From Priapulus caudatus (taxonomy: Eukaryota), in assembly GCF_000485595.1 (NCBI RefSeq), contig NW_014577066.1, positions 199,908 to 263,395 on the forward strand: a stretch of 63,488 bases of DNA, read 5' to 3'. The position numbers were made by a program, and so were the translations under genes. Under the pieces are notes generated by a model. The model was not told the origin of the DNA, did no database searches, and saw nothing but the letters and a program-made list of their open reading frames with translations. Below, in pieces: positions 1 to 14,300 of this stretch; within the stretch, counting starts at the first letter, position 1; each line of letters opens with the position of its first letter.

Positions 1-1055
1 CAGTGCTATAGCATCATGGTAGGAAAGCCATCACTTTTTGTTTTTTTTTTTTTTGCCGAAATTGGAGGTCACAGCGTCAAAGATCAATGGCGCACAGGGC
101 AGATTTTATACATTTTCTGAGGACAGGTGTGACCGGAACGATTGAAAACTTTTTTTGTTCAGCGGTGGACCTACCATTTTTATGGCCTTATTAAAAGGAC
201 CATGAAATGTACTTTCCGCTGACATGCGAAGAGTAGAAGAGTAAGTGTCGGATAACCTTTTGACCCTCAAAAGGAAGGTCAAACATTGATTTGTTGATTG
301 TTAACAAAGGACTGAAACTGCTTTTGCTATTATTAGAGCCCATACCTGTGTAAATTGTGAGGCTACAGTTGCACAGTTTAATTTGCAAAGGCAAATGTTT
401 GTTGAACAAGGTTTACTCTCCTTAAATCATATTATTTTTTAAAGCAGTCTGTCTATAGCCAACCTGAAGGCTGAATCAGTGAATGCTCCTGTGGGTTATG
501 CAAAACACGGGGCACCCATGGCTGGCATGCTTCTAATCATAATTGTTGCCTGCCAACCTGCAATGCACATGGTGTCTGCAATGCATAGAGATTAGGTGGG
601 TGCGAAAGTGTAGCTGATATATTTGTTCCAATTGGCTACGAAAGTCAAACAAGAATAAAGAAGACTTATGTATAAGACGTCTTGCTATGCACCAAATGAA
701 TTTATCAGCAGAACACCGAGACACCAGATGAGCCCGTCGCATTGCCCAGCACTTGTTTCTCACTTATTCTGGTATTTGATTCTTGGACTTTGGAGAGCAC
801 GGCCCTGAGAGTGAGTGTGCTTATCAATAAATTAAATAATATCATTAGTCTTCTTTATGTGACATTTAGAAATATTCGGGATTTTCTCCGTTTGCTGACA
901 GTTGGTGCTCGACCAGGAGTTGAGAGTGCTGGGCCAGCAAAAACTGACAGATCTGAGGCGATGCGATCACGTGCGTGGCAGACATAGCTCTACCTGTCGA
1001 GATGTCAGTGAACCCTGACATGCCGCTCAACACTCGCTGCAAGGTATGTGTAAGC
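1..1055 (-). repeat. Inverted copy of about 6396-7410 (SNAPC3 exon 5 plus part of intron 4)
   Basis: Direct reverse-complement comparison, e.g. 742-1050 against 6396-6705. Confidence 0.9.
902..1043 (+). pseudogene. Frameshifted duplicate of SNAPC3 exon 5 in the opposite orientation
   Basis: 142 nt against 141 nt, with an indel near 959 (GAGGCGATG against GAGGGATG); AG and GT sites retained. Confidence 0.8.
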
Positions 1056-2372
1056 CTCCGACTATCACGAGCCTAGGTCGAGCCGTTTAGATTTGTGCCG
1101 CAATTCTGCATTTCCTCCCTATACCTTAAGTTAAGGAGGGAATGTTCCCCATTCTTTTACACCTCTTGACCTTTGACCTTTGACCCCCCAGCTTCGACAT
1201 CCCAACTCGTTTTTGGATTACCCCCCCACGTCCCAACTTTCGAATCCGTACGTCGAGCCGTTTAGATTTGTGCCCAACTGTTGACGGACGCACGGACGGA
1301 CGCACGGACGGACGCACGCTCATGCGATTCTACAAGCTACATCTGACTTCGTCAGATGAGCTAAAAAAGTGAAGCAGTCCTTTACGAGCATTTTAAACTG
1401 TAGTTTTTAAAGTTAATGCTCACTACTAGAAGAGTTCAGAAATAAATTGTCATACAAAGCACTAAAATTCACAGGTAAACAGTGCCTGAAATGGGGGCCA
1501 GCCGAAGGTTGGCCCAACATTTTTTTTTGGGGCGAGTAAATTTTTTTAGTCACTGGCCCAAATGCATTGTTGGAAGCCCAAATTTTATACAGCAGAGCAT
1601 CTGAGCCAGTGCGCATAGAGCGAGTGTGTTCAGGGAACAATTTTCAGCCAAAAAATTGCATAGCAAATGTGCTATACAAAATAAACTTTGCATAGCAATT
1701 GTATAAATTTGTATAGCATTTCTTTTCAGACAATCACAGTGCAAATTTACACCGCAGTGCATGCTTGGCGTGTTATCGTGTCGGCCTGTGACAGGCACAG
1801 CTAGCGATTCTGTACACTGCCCGGCAGCGAAATTTTTCCCACGAGAGTTCCGGACCCCAGCCAATCAGCGCACTCCATTCACTCGACTTCCTCGAAGCAA
1901 CAATGTAAAATTTATACACACTAAACCTAAACCTAACCCTAACCAGAACCCGAAGCCTAACACTAACTATAATTTAACCAGGTTTGTCTTATAATATACG
2001 CACCATATATTACAAAACACTATCTGTGGTGGGTCCGGAACTCTCGTGGGAAAAAAAATTTAAACAGCGTTTAAACAGCGCGCGAGCTTGGCACTCGCCC
2101 GCTCGCCAATGTCGAGTGAAAATAATATCGGGCCGGGCGAGTGGAAGCTAAAGCTGACTCGCCCATGTTGGCGAGTAAAAATAATTGTCTAAAACTTTAA
2201 TAAATACAGTTCTAGCAATTGTGAAGGGCGGCTATCCGACTCCTCGACCACGACATCCTAACTTTATATTATCAAAGGTCGCCGAAGAAAGCAGCCCGCG
2301 ACAGCGTGCAGTGCCAGCACAGCGTGGCTGTGTATACGTGCCTGGGGCGGCATATTGATTGATGTACGGGGG
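1056..2372 (+). repeat. Direct copy of about 7410-8755 (SNAPC3 intron 4)
   Basis: Colinear match; the 7410-8755 copy is indel-rich. Confidence 0.88.
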
Positions 2373-2388
2373 TGGCGCCCCCTGCTGG

Positions 2389-5300
2389 CTACGGCAGCAC
2401 GGCGTTCTTGTCGTAGAACCTGTAGGCAGTGAAAGGCCCGAGCTTGGTGCCGCTGCTGTCGTAGTGAAGCTCACGAAAGCAGGCGTCGCAGAAGAATGCC
2501 GGACTCTGCGAGCACAGACAGTCGTCGTACGTCACCCACCTGTAACAAACATCACTCACGTGTCAGGCCACACCCGCACGATTCTACCTCATTCTCGTTA
2601 GGCACTCGCGCAGCACTGCAGCCCCTCTCGAACATGGCTGTAAACAGGGCGAGATCGGCGGGGTGATGTCGGCAAGACAATTTCCAATATCTTGTCGCTT
2701 TTCGACGTCGTGCGATAATTGTCGCTCCTATTTTTCACTTTTTCTGGTATCCTACTGAATAGGGCTCATATATGTACAGATTACTACACTCTACTATGAA
2801 CGCAGCAAATACGTATGAATATGTCCCCCCTTTCAAGCCTAGTTTAACAGTCGGCTCCTCAGAAGAACTGCTACAGATTACGAGAAACAAAGAACTCAGC
2901 AGCATACCTCGCGTTGTACAGCAGGCATACGATGCACACGGTTCTCTTCTTGCTCACGTTGCTGCTAACAATAGGGTATTTACTGACGTCAGACGAATCC
3001 TCAATATTCATCATCCTAAAACAGTGCCAGAAATTCTCTTGTAGCTCCCTGCTACGGCTAATTCCATCACCTCTCTCATTTCGGTTCCATGTTGCCAATA
3101 TTTGGGTAATAGTGAGGTTTGTCTACAGTTCAAAATGACGTTACACAAATTACAACACAAGAAACACGCATTAGAGACAATGCTGATTTGGAAGATAAAA
3201 TAATATGCTGCTGGAAATGTATCTCCATTGCACTCGAATAAATACGACTGAATTTACTATCTAATAACTGCATTGTATTCTGCATTGGTTTTGTGCATAA
3301 TATACTCTTAGGGAGCTATTTAAGAATGTTGAACCAAATGTGACAGTATTATTGCAGACACTTACATTACATGTAAAGTTAAGTCGTAATTTGATCATTT
3401 CAGAACATGATCAACATAATTACAGTTGAACCTGTACATAAAGCTTCCTCAAGGGAAACCTAAAGTGACCCTTATAAATAGGTGGCCATTGTATAGAGAC
3501 GATTTCACAGTATAACTACTGCCACAATGTGTCCGTTATAGATAGATGTACGTTCTATAGAGGTGGTTGCTAAAATTGTTTTGACGATAGAGGCTTGACC
3601 ATCTGCTCTGTAAAGTCACAAAGCTATTGCAGTACTAAGAGGGGCAATAGTAGGGGGCGCTGTTGCTCTACCTAATGTCAGTGAACACGATGAGATGCTC
3701 ACAGTCCCCCTGGTGGACATAGAGGTATGGCAGGCCGACGCGCAGGGACAAGTCGAGGAACTGCGTGTCCTCCATGGCCGCCTCCCTCATCTCACCGATC
3801 TGATTGGGTCTCGTCGCTCCCCACGTCCGAATGACGCTGCAGCAGCAAATAATCACGTGAACGATTCCAACGCCACAATTAAGTAATACTTACCATAACA
3901 AAAAAACGTTAATTACTATCATATTAACTATCATCGTGTAATTAACACTGTCAGCTGTACGATAGAGGGGGAAACCCAAGAAGATGCTTGAATTCGGTCG
4001 ATGCAAATTACATAGACGATCAGTAAGCATTAACGTTAATTGCTTTTCACCAGACAAATCAACAATCGTGTTTTTTAATTTTTTTCCATGAATCACAACC
4101 ATACCTACGTTTGAGAACAGTTTTTTTTCCAGAATATGTCTAATCTCACAATACTAAATGTTACCAACCAAAATACATGTCGTAATTGATACGTGCACTC
4201 ACATCATTCCACTTACATTGGACTAGTTGCTCACACCTGAGCTAACATGTGTAATGACCATGAAACCCCAATGTTCAACAATGTTAACAACAGCAATGAA
4301 CAATAATCTCGATCTCAATAAATTATATTTTTGTATAATCGGTCAACTTTCAAATAGAATATGTGACTATGTAATAAAATTCATACATATATTGATAATC
4401 AAATAATAAAAATATACCACATGCAATGATCAACTCATCAACTACCCTCCCTTCACACATACACGTATTGTCAAGTATGTGCAATGCACCATAACCAGCA
4501 GATGAAAATACCTGCTCAGATCTTTAGCTTCAGGGTGGCGTAAATCATTGAAGAAGGTTCCGTTGATGTAGAAGAAGCCAGATGGATAGATGTCCTATGA
4601 AAGATGATGAGAATACTTGTACGGTTCAAACATTTCACAGTACAATATGAAACACCCGCCATTTTATTCCTACAACGTTCTATGACACATCATAGGGTTA
4701 ATGCAAATGGAATAAGTTCAAATCCTAGGTACATGTATACATAATATCAGGAGTGTACAATATAGAGTATATATCTCTATATTATACACTCCTGATTATA
4801 TTGATATATAATATATGATATATATATAGTACCAACAGGATTTCCACGCAGCCTAAAGACTTTTCCAGACATTTTCCAGACATTTCCAGGATCCCATAAT
4901 TATGGAATAATTAGTCCATTGATTATGCAATGTTGACGAATGCTAGAGTAACTGGCACCTTGTGTAGTTAATAAGTACATTACCTTATAGCCAAACGCGT
5001 ATTAGTTTGTCCAACATCACTGCTGGTTACTAAGAAATGTCTAATTGAAATCCGCAGTCCAAGAAATCAAGTTGACTGAGTTGTTTACAGTTTCAAACCG
5101 CTGCCGGCGAAGCGGGTGTGATACAGATTTATAGTGCACCGGACATTTTCGCACGCATGCTCGGCCGTACGCAATTCTATCATCAGTGATTTCGTAAACA
5201 CGGACGCTCGTGAATAAGAAACTTTTGTCAGGGCTGTCCATGTGCGTCCGTGATTAGTAGCTGTGTTTTACTCCATTTCATGTTTAGTCCGTAGCCGTGG

Positions 5301-8300
5301 TTACACCGCTGACACCTCCATTTCATCTGGCCGTCAAAACATACGGGCCGCACAAATGTTTATGTCATCGGCGACTTATCGCTTGACTCCTGGATGACAT
5401 TTACGGCACGTAAATGAACATCAACAACCAATTTCAAGTCTTGCTTGTAATGTAACCAGCAGTGATATTGGACAAACTAATACGTGTTAGGCTATAAGAT
5501 TATGTACTTATTAACTACACAAGGTGCCAGTTACTCTAGCTTTCGTCAACATTGCATAATCAATTAACCTATTATTCCTTTAAGCCAAATACAATTGTTG
5601 TGCCTTGCAGCTTCCCATTAACAACAAGGGAACTCTTGTTTCAAGCAAGCTTCATTGCATGGCTGACCGTAAATAGTGCTGATAGGGTCTATGTCTCCAT
5701 GGGTACTGCCATAACGTACCCTGGGTACGGTCCGGTATACCGGAACGTACCCTGGTAACTATCTAATATGGTTAGGGTTAGGGTTAGGGTTAGGGAGTAG
5801 GCGTAGGCGACTCCCTAGACTCGTTAGTGGAGTAGGCGAGGTACGGTTCGCCATATTAGATAGTGCCAGGGTACGTTCCGGTATACCGGACCGTACCCAG
5901 GGTACGTTCCGGCAGTACCCAGGGAGACATAGACCCTGGCAGCGTAAATAGCACTTTCCACGTCTTCCGGAACCCATACGAACTCTGGTTAAACCCAACG
6001 TGGCCCACAGACTTACGGCCTCTAATCTAGTTGCTGCAACTTAAATTTCGATCCAAGTATTGTGACCACACACCCGTTTCTGCACTGTACTAGCTTGGTG
6101 AAAGGATTTGTCAAAGCAACCCATATAAGACTTATCCTGACATTTGCTCGGATTTTGCGGTTTGTATCATCAGATCTGTTCAATCAAGATTAGTTTCCGC
6201 TTCATTCAAGGCTCATTGTTATTGCTTCTGCAATTATTATTCTTCTGTCATCTTTATTCTATTCGATTACTTTATATCGATATATGTTAATAACCTAGCT
6301 ATACTGCTACTACTATTGCTGACTACACTCGCGTGAGAGTTATTCCACTCTGCACAGGGTGTATTAGCGGGGCGCGGGGAGAGATTTTGATGGCAGCTAC
6401 ACATACCTTGCAGCGAGTGTTGACCGGCATGTCAGGGTTCACTGACATCTCGACAGGTAGAGCTATGTCTGCCACGCACGTGATCGCATCCCTCAGATCT
6501 GTCAGTTTTTGCTGGCCCAGCACTCTCAACTCCTGGTCGAGCACCAACTGTCAGCAAACGGAGAAAATCCCGAATATTTCTAAATGTCACATAAAGCACT
6601 AATGATATTATTTAATTTATTGATAAGCACACTCACTCTCAGGGCCGTGCTCTCCAAAGTCCAAGAATCAAATACCAGAATAAGTGAGAAACAAGTGCTG
6701 CAGTGCGACAGGGCTCATCTGGTGTCTGGTGTTCTGCTGATAAATTCATTTGTGCATAGCAAGACGTCTTATACATAAGTCTTCTTTATTCTTGTTTGAC
6801 TTTCGTAGCCAATTGGAACAAATATATCAGCTACACTTTCGCACCCACCTAATCTCTATGCATAGCAGACACAGTGCATTGGCAGAGTTGGCAGGCCACA
6901 ATTAGTAGAAGCAGCCCACCCATGGTTGCCACCGTGTTGCATACCCACAGGAGCATTCACCCTGACAGGCCCTGTCGGGTGCTAATAACGACTGCTTTCA
7001 AAAAAATAGATATATAGGAGATAAACCTTGTTCACACCAAACACTTGCCTTCAATTAACCGTGCAACCGGTAAGCCTCACATTACACAGTAGGCTCAAAA
7101 ATAGCAAAAGCAGTTCAGTCCCTTGCTTAACCAATCAACAAATCAAATGTTCTACCTCCTTTTGAGAGTCAAAAGGTATGCCGAGACACTTACTCTCTAC
7201 TCGCATGTCCAGCGAAAGTACATTCATGTCCTTTTAATAAAGGCCATAAAAGGAGGTCACGCGCTGAAACAAAAAAGTTGTTCATCGGTCCGTCAACGAC
7301 CGCAGGTCCTCCAGAAAAAATGTATAAAATCGCGCCACTGTGCCCCATGACTACCCCTGTAGACCTCCAATTCGGCACAGGAGCTTTCCCACCAATGATG
7401 CTATACACCGCCGGACTATACACGAGCCTAGGTCGAGCCGTTAGATTTGTGCCGCAATTCGCACTTTCCTCCCTATACCTTAAGTTAAGGAGGGAATGTC
7501 CCCATTCTTTACACCTCTGACCTTGACCCTTGACCCGCCCCGCACTTCGAACAATACCCAACTCGTTTTTTGGAATACCCCCCACGTCCCAACTTTCGAA
7601 TCCGACGTCGAGCGTTAGATATGCCCAACTGTGACCCGGAACGCACGACGGGACGCACGAACGACGCACGCCATCGGCCGATGCTACAAGCACATATGAC
7701 ATTCGTCAGATACGAAGCTAAAAAAGGAAGCACATGCCTTTACGAGCACTTAAACTGAGTTTTTTAAAAGTTACATGCTCCACTACTAAAAGTCAAGAAA
7801 TAAATGTCATACACAAAGCCATCAAAATCACGAGGTAAACATCTGGCCGTCGAGCAAAATGGGGGCGCGAGCACACCGAAGGTTGCACCGACATTTTACA
7901 GGACAAAGCGAGTAAATTCTGTTAGTCACTGCCGCCAAATGCATGCGGAAGCCCGCAAATTTATACAGCAGACATCCTGAGCCAGGCGCATAGAGGAGTG
8001 GTTCAGCGAACGAGATTCTTCAGACCAAACAAAATGCATAGCAGAAGTCTATAGCGAGAGAAGAGAGAGCATAGCCAATTGAAAAATGTATAAGCATCTT
8101 CTCAGAGCAATGCACAGCAAATTATACACGCGCCAGTGCCTGCTTGCGCTGTTGATCGTTGTCGCCTGGGCAGGCACAGCACGATTCTGTACATGCCAGC
8201 GGCGCAGCGGATACATTTTTCCCACGAGAGTCCGGGACCCCAGCCAATCAGCGCCCCATTCACATCGACTTCCTCAAAGCAACAATGTAGAAATTATACA

Positions 8301-11300
8301 CCACTAAACCTAACCTAACCCTAACCAGAACCGAAGACCTAAAACACTACAAATGCCAACCCCAGGTTTCTTATAATAAGCACGCACGCATATATACAAC
8401 ACACTATCAGCAGTGGGTCCGGACCCTCGTCGGGAAAAAAATTAAACAGCGTTTAAACAGCGCGCCGGAGCTTGGCACTCGCACCGCGGATCGGCAATGC
8501 CGAGTGAAAATAAGATCGGGGACCGGGCACGGTGGAGCAAGCGAACTCGCACCATGTTTCGAGAAAAATAATGTCTAAAACTTAATAATACAGTTTCTAG
8601 CGATTGTAAGGCGGCATATCCGACTCCCCGACCACCCCGGAATCCTACTTTATAATTATCAAAGGTCGCGAAGAAGCAGCCCGCGACCAGGTGCATGCCA
8701 GCACAGCGTGCCTGTGATACGTGCCGGGGGTCGCATATGGTGAATGAGCGGGAGGGGGGGGGATGTTAACAATCACGTGCTGGTTACAATCAATAAAACG
8801 CGCGTCAAACGTGCATTCATTGACGGGCGCAAAGCACCCGAGAGATAAAAGCAAATTGTAAACATGTATGTTTCCGTTTACATCTCGCATGGGCTACATC
8901 GCACAACTGCGATTCATAAAAAAATATGCGTAGCAAATGGCTGAAAATACATCGCGAATTGCGATGCGATACCGGGAAAATTATTCCCTGGTGTTATACA
9001 GCCGGCATAGCATACAAGCGTATAAGCAAGCGTGGCCGATTAGGGTGGGCTCAGGTTAGCGATACATGTACATAAATGTGATGTTATACATTGTATCAAG
9101 CTAGCCAGACAACGCATCTAGACATGTATGTTTGCAGTGTATAGCGGGAGAGTCGAAGAGTACCAGTCTACCCCGCTGTCACCAAGCTCGGTCGGAACGA
9201 AAATGCGCGAGCTTGGTCTGATTGTATCCTAGCGTGGACTCCGGTTTAGGATTATGATTAGTTAATAGTAAACAAAGAACAACTCAAACATATCAGTAAA
9301 TTTGTTTGTGTTGAAATATTGGCAGTCGCCCGAACTTTTTTTGGGGGGCAAGTGACTACTTGACTTGTGAAATTTTCGGTCGCCCGAGCTAGACATTGGT
9401 CGCCTGTGGCGAGTGGGCGACCGTCCATTTCAGGCGCTGGGTAAACACTGCTGGGGAGCTTCAGAGCTCATGCACTCCCCCCACATTAGCTGGTGGTTTT
9501 TCGCACCACTGCTGACCCATTCTTAGATCCAGCAAAGCACTAGTTAACATTTGTGCTGTACAACAAACAAAATTCCCAATAGGAATATGCCGACGAGGTA
9601 AACATATGTTAGAATTTGCTTCATAGATATACTTGAATAGAGTTTACGATTGCTCTTTTCTAGAAATATAAGGAAGTGTTACCAAAATCACACTCACATT
9701 TAAAACCATGTGAATTAAAAAAATTTGTTGCAACAACCGATTTTTATTTCCAGGAGTTACTATGGAATACCAGACTATCAGGAACTAGAGCACTCGGAGA
9801 GCACAGACCTCTGCCAAGGCAGCTCAATTCTCTCACTGTGAAAAATTTGATTAATTAATTAATTAATTAAATAATTAATTGGATCCGGATCACCACCAAA
9901 ATGTAATCAATTCTAAGTTACCCCATTTCTGACCTATCCTGAAAATTTTATGACAATCCGTCCATAACTTTTCCAGTTAGGCTGTACACGCACAAACCAA
10001 CAAACACACGCCGGTGAAAACATAACCTCCTGCCAACCTCTTGGCGGAGGCAATGATATAATATAGATGATTATTATTATAACATTATGAAAACAATGCA
10101 CTCAGGCACGTGGGCGCACCACTGCACACATGGACACATACACACATGCACACAAATTTTACATGAGAACCTAATTCATTCAATGAAACCTTTTATGAGA
10201 AATATTCTTTTCTAGCAACACTACAGATAAAGTTCAAATGAGCTCACAGGTTTGTATTTGCAGGACTGCTCACCGACGAATGGTCGATAAATCTGAACAG
10301 AGATGACAACATCACGCACTGTCATGGGTATTAGTTTGTCGCCAGGCACCTGGAAAAAGAAAAGAAAATACATGTTCAGGTTTCGATGTGTTAGCGGAAG
10401 AGGGGAAAAAATCTCCCTAAATCTCACTACATTTCCATTGAAAACTTTAGCCTCCCATGAACACATGCACTTCAGAAAACCGTTTTTGTGTTTGACCGAG
10501 GTCAACACAAATAATATGGGCATTTATATTTGCAGTATCGATGGTTACTAACATGGTAACAGTTTTAGTAGAAAAACAAAACGAGGTGCAATGAAAATTT
10601 AATATCACAGGGCATATACAGACAGTTACTGTTGCGTTAAACCTACCCGAGTGCGCATGACACTTCGATGGTTCCTGAACGTTGCATAAAGGCGGTGTGT
10701 GTAAGTTTTGCTGTTGGCCCTTTTTTCCAGTTCTGACTTTCGCAATCTATAATGCAACATGAGCTTTTTGCTTAGAATTCAGCCTTAACACAATAAGGTA
10801 CACATCTGAAATGCAGGAATATATAATGTAATTCCAACATTCCAACATAAAAAAAAACAATGATGCTACTTTTATATGTATGCAACAAGTTGAAGCTCAC
10901 ATACAGTATCAGCTAGGGTGGTGTTTCAAATTTGTAATAAATGTATTGCATTAACACATTCAGCCTATCACGCTACACATGCACATGTCACTATCCTGTG
11001 CTGTCCTGTTATATCACAACCCAACCTGTCCAAATTCTGTGCTGACGAATAAAGATATGTAACAGTGGTACCCACCTGAGTGTAACTAGCTCTGTATCAT
11101 CAGGTATAGTCGATGTGGCATCGTCTCTAACCTTCACTTGCCCTGGACATTTCAGTGTATCTATTCTGTAATGCATATCGGAAGAAATATATATACAGAC
11201 TAGCAGCAAGATACATGTCTTATCGAAGGATGGCCATGTCTTAGAGGTATTTTAATAGTAGCACCAAAAAATGGTTATAAATCGAAAGACCGTTGAACTG

Positions 11301-14300
11301 TAGTAACGTTAGTCTCACAGCCTGCTCTGGCTACTTCATTGACATTACTCTACCTATGTAACACCATGCTTCGCGATCCAATCCTAGTTTAGCACGTTTG
11401 CGAAAATGAGGGCAGTGGTTCCAAACAACTAGGATTGAGCTCTGCTCCAGGAAGGATACTATTAAAGGTGTAGTATTAACAGCCAGGGGTTGTTGTCACA
11501 GGCACCGTCCTCCCCTGTATACATGTGTGACTGTACTACTATGACACTGACGGAAAGCTCATGTCGGTACAGTAGATTAGAGCTAAGGTGGTAGTGTAGA
11601 TTATTAGATACAATAATGTAACCCTACTCTTGTTGGGTTACAATTGACATTGTATAGGCCTACATTGTTATATTATAAGGTGGTACAGTAAAAATCGCAT
11701 AAGTCGACACTTTTTGGACCAGCATATTTGTGTCGACTTACGAAAGTGACGACTTACGTGCAAGTCGTCATTTTGTCGACTTATACAATGTATGTAATGC
11801 GTGTATACACTGTATTTTCAGGGAGTCACACGGACTCCTGCATATGTCAAATCAGGGAGTCCAACAGTAAATCAGGGAGTATTTGACTCGAATCGAACTC
11901 GCGTTAATTTTGCACCCTGCATTGGGCTGCATACACTATATACACTATATATAATACACTGTATACAGTGGGGAATCTGGGGGTGTGCGAGCTGGGAAAA
12001 AAATACAATGCGTCCAAGCAAACAATGCGATTTAAACAATCCGTCTGCGACAGCCAGCTCGTGCATTCCCTACCCCCGTTCACTGCGCAAACGGCATTTC
12101 TGATGTCGACTTACGCTCATAAGGTCTATGTCCCCCAAGGTACTGCTGGAACGTACCCTGGGTACAGTCCGGTATACCGGAACGTACCCTGGTAACTATC
12201 TGATATGGTTAGGGTTAGGGTTAGGGAGTAGGCGTAGGCGACTCGTTTGTGGAGTAGGCGAGGTACGGTCCGGCATATTAGATAGTACCAGGGTAAGTTC
12301 CGGTATACCAGACCGTACCCAGGGAATGTTCCGGTAGTACCCTGGGGGACATAGACCCTCTCAGCTCGACTTACAGATGGGAAATTACTGTTGTTTGTAT
12401 TACATGGGAACTGTCTGAGGGAGTGGACTTGTACATAATGACGACTTATAAATGTCGACTTAGGCGGGGCTATTCCAATGGATTTACTATGAGAGCAAAT
12501 CGGGACATTGACTTCCATGTCGACTTACGCAAATTGACGACTTAGATGATGTCGACTTACGCGAGTTTTACTGCATGTACTATGTGTACAGTAACTCAGG
12601 CTTTCAGATTTGAAAAGTACAGGAGGACTACTAATGACTCCCCTAGGACACCATAGGGGGTCTTTTCACGCTCCATAATCAGGGCCCTCGCTACCCACTC
12701 GCCAATTCGCCAATGGCGAACAAATTACTAATCTGGCGATTGAAAGTCTTATTTGGCGAAAAAAGTGACGAACGTAATTTTCCCATCATAAACATGACCC
12801 AGCAAACATCGATCCTATTTGATCGTCGAAACAGCAACGTTTCTTTTTGCGTACCGGCACACTCCTGTGTCATTCCCGATTGCAGCTTTTTCCTCGATTC
12901 TGGGAAAGTTTTGCTGTCGCTCCCTCATACTAGAGTACCTACATGAAGATGTGGTCTTTATGTAGGTACTCTACCTCATACCAGCGCGGTGCACACCCCT
13001 ACATATACAGCAATAACCACATCCACGCGACTGTAACAATCAGTGCATTCGCCCCCCCCCCCCCCGTACTTCAATCAATGCCGCCCAGCCAGCAAGCACG
13101 AGCCACGATGTGCACAGCCACGGACATGGGTAACAGGGGTGTCGCGGGCTGCTTTTTTCGTTTTTTTTTCTTTGGTGTGAATGCGTAGGGCATGCGGGAG
13201 CGCGGGAGAATGGGTCCAGATGCGTGAGTCTCCCGCGAAATGCGCAGCGTGAGACTTAGTAGGGCTGCTAACAGAGTAAGATTTAAACTAAAGGGTGAAA
13301 TTTTATTTTCGGGGTGCATCAAATGCAGTCTAAGACATTCAAATGTTTAAAATTTTGCTGGGGGAGACCCCCAGAACCCCCTCTACCTCTCTCTCCCGCG
13401 TCTACCTGCAGAATCCACATTCGTGCCTACTGCACGCCTTTGAATCCATCATGTGCGTTTTTCCCCAAACTGGGCATTACCACCGTTGTCTAATTTTCCC
13501 TCAGAAGAAACCCTGGTGTTTAAAAAAGGCCTGTCTCCACACACGACACGGCACGGCAACGGCGCTGGCAAAAGTCAAATGATTTTTATTACGCGTGTGC
13601 GTGCACGTGTGTGTGTGACTGTGTGTGCGCGCGTGCGTGTAGGTGTGTGTTTGTGTGTGTACTGTGTGTGAGGTACTGTAAAAAGTAGTAAAACTGATAA
13701 GTACTAACTGGGGAATATAGTCAGCTTTGATGAGCAGCTAATTTTTCTGGTTCAATAGCATCCCGAAGTTACAAAAGTAGTAGAGTACCATGCATGTGCT
13801 GTGAAAACTCTTCTGTAAACTATTAGTATTACTGTAAATAACTATAGTGTGTGTATAGTACTGTCTATACTGTACTGCGCGCGTGCGTGCGTGTGCGTGC
13901 GTATTGTGCGTCAGGTACTGTAAAGTAGCTGTTTGTGACCCTACCATCCACAACAGTTGATGTGGAGAGGGGTTTTACCAGACATAATTTGGTTAAAACA
14001 GCTCTGAGAAATAACCTGAAAACAGAAAGTGTTTGTGACATTCTAATCATCAAAATTGAAGGCCCAGAAGAAGAGATGTTTGACTTTGAAAAGTGCTATG
14101 TCCAGTGGTGTGCAAAAAAAGATAAGACAATTTTCCTGCCAGCATTGAAGAAAAAAATTCAGACAATTTGAATGTCTCTGTTAGTCAGTCAGAGACTCAG
14201 AGTCATGGTGGTGAATCATAGTGTTAGTGTCTCAGTCATAGACAGGTGGTGAATAATAGTTTGTTTGCATTAAATAAGTGTAGTTTTGTACTTCATGCAT

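Noticed and set aside
1480..9439. One giant transposon with GGTAAA TSDs capturing SNAPC3 exons 5-9
   Set aside because: The same left end and flank recur at 7834-7865, so the real element is about 1.6 kb and the 1480 end belongs to the duplicate.
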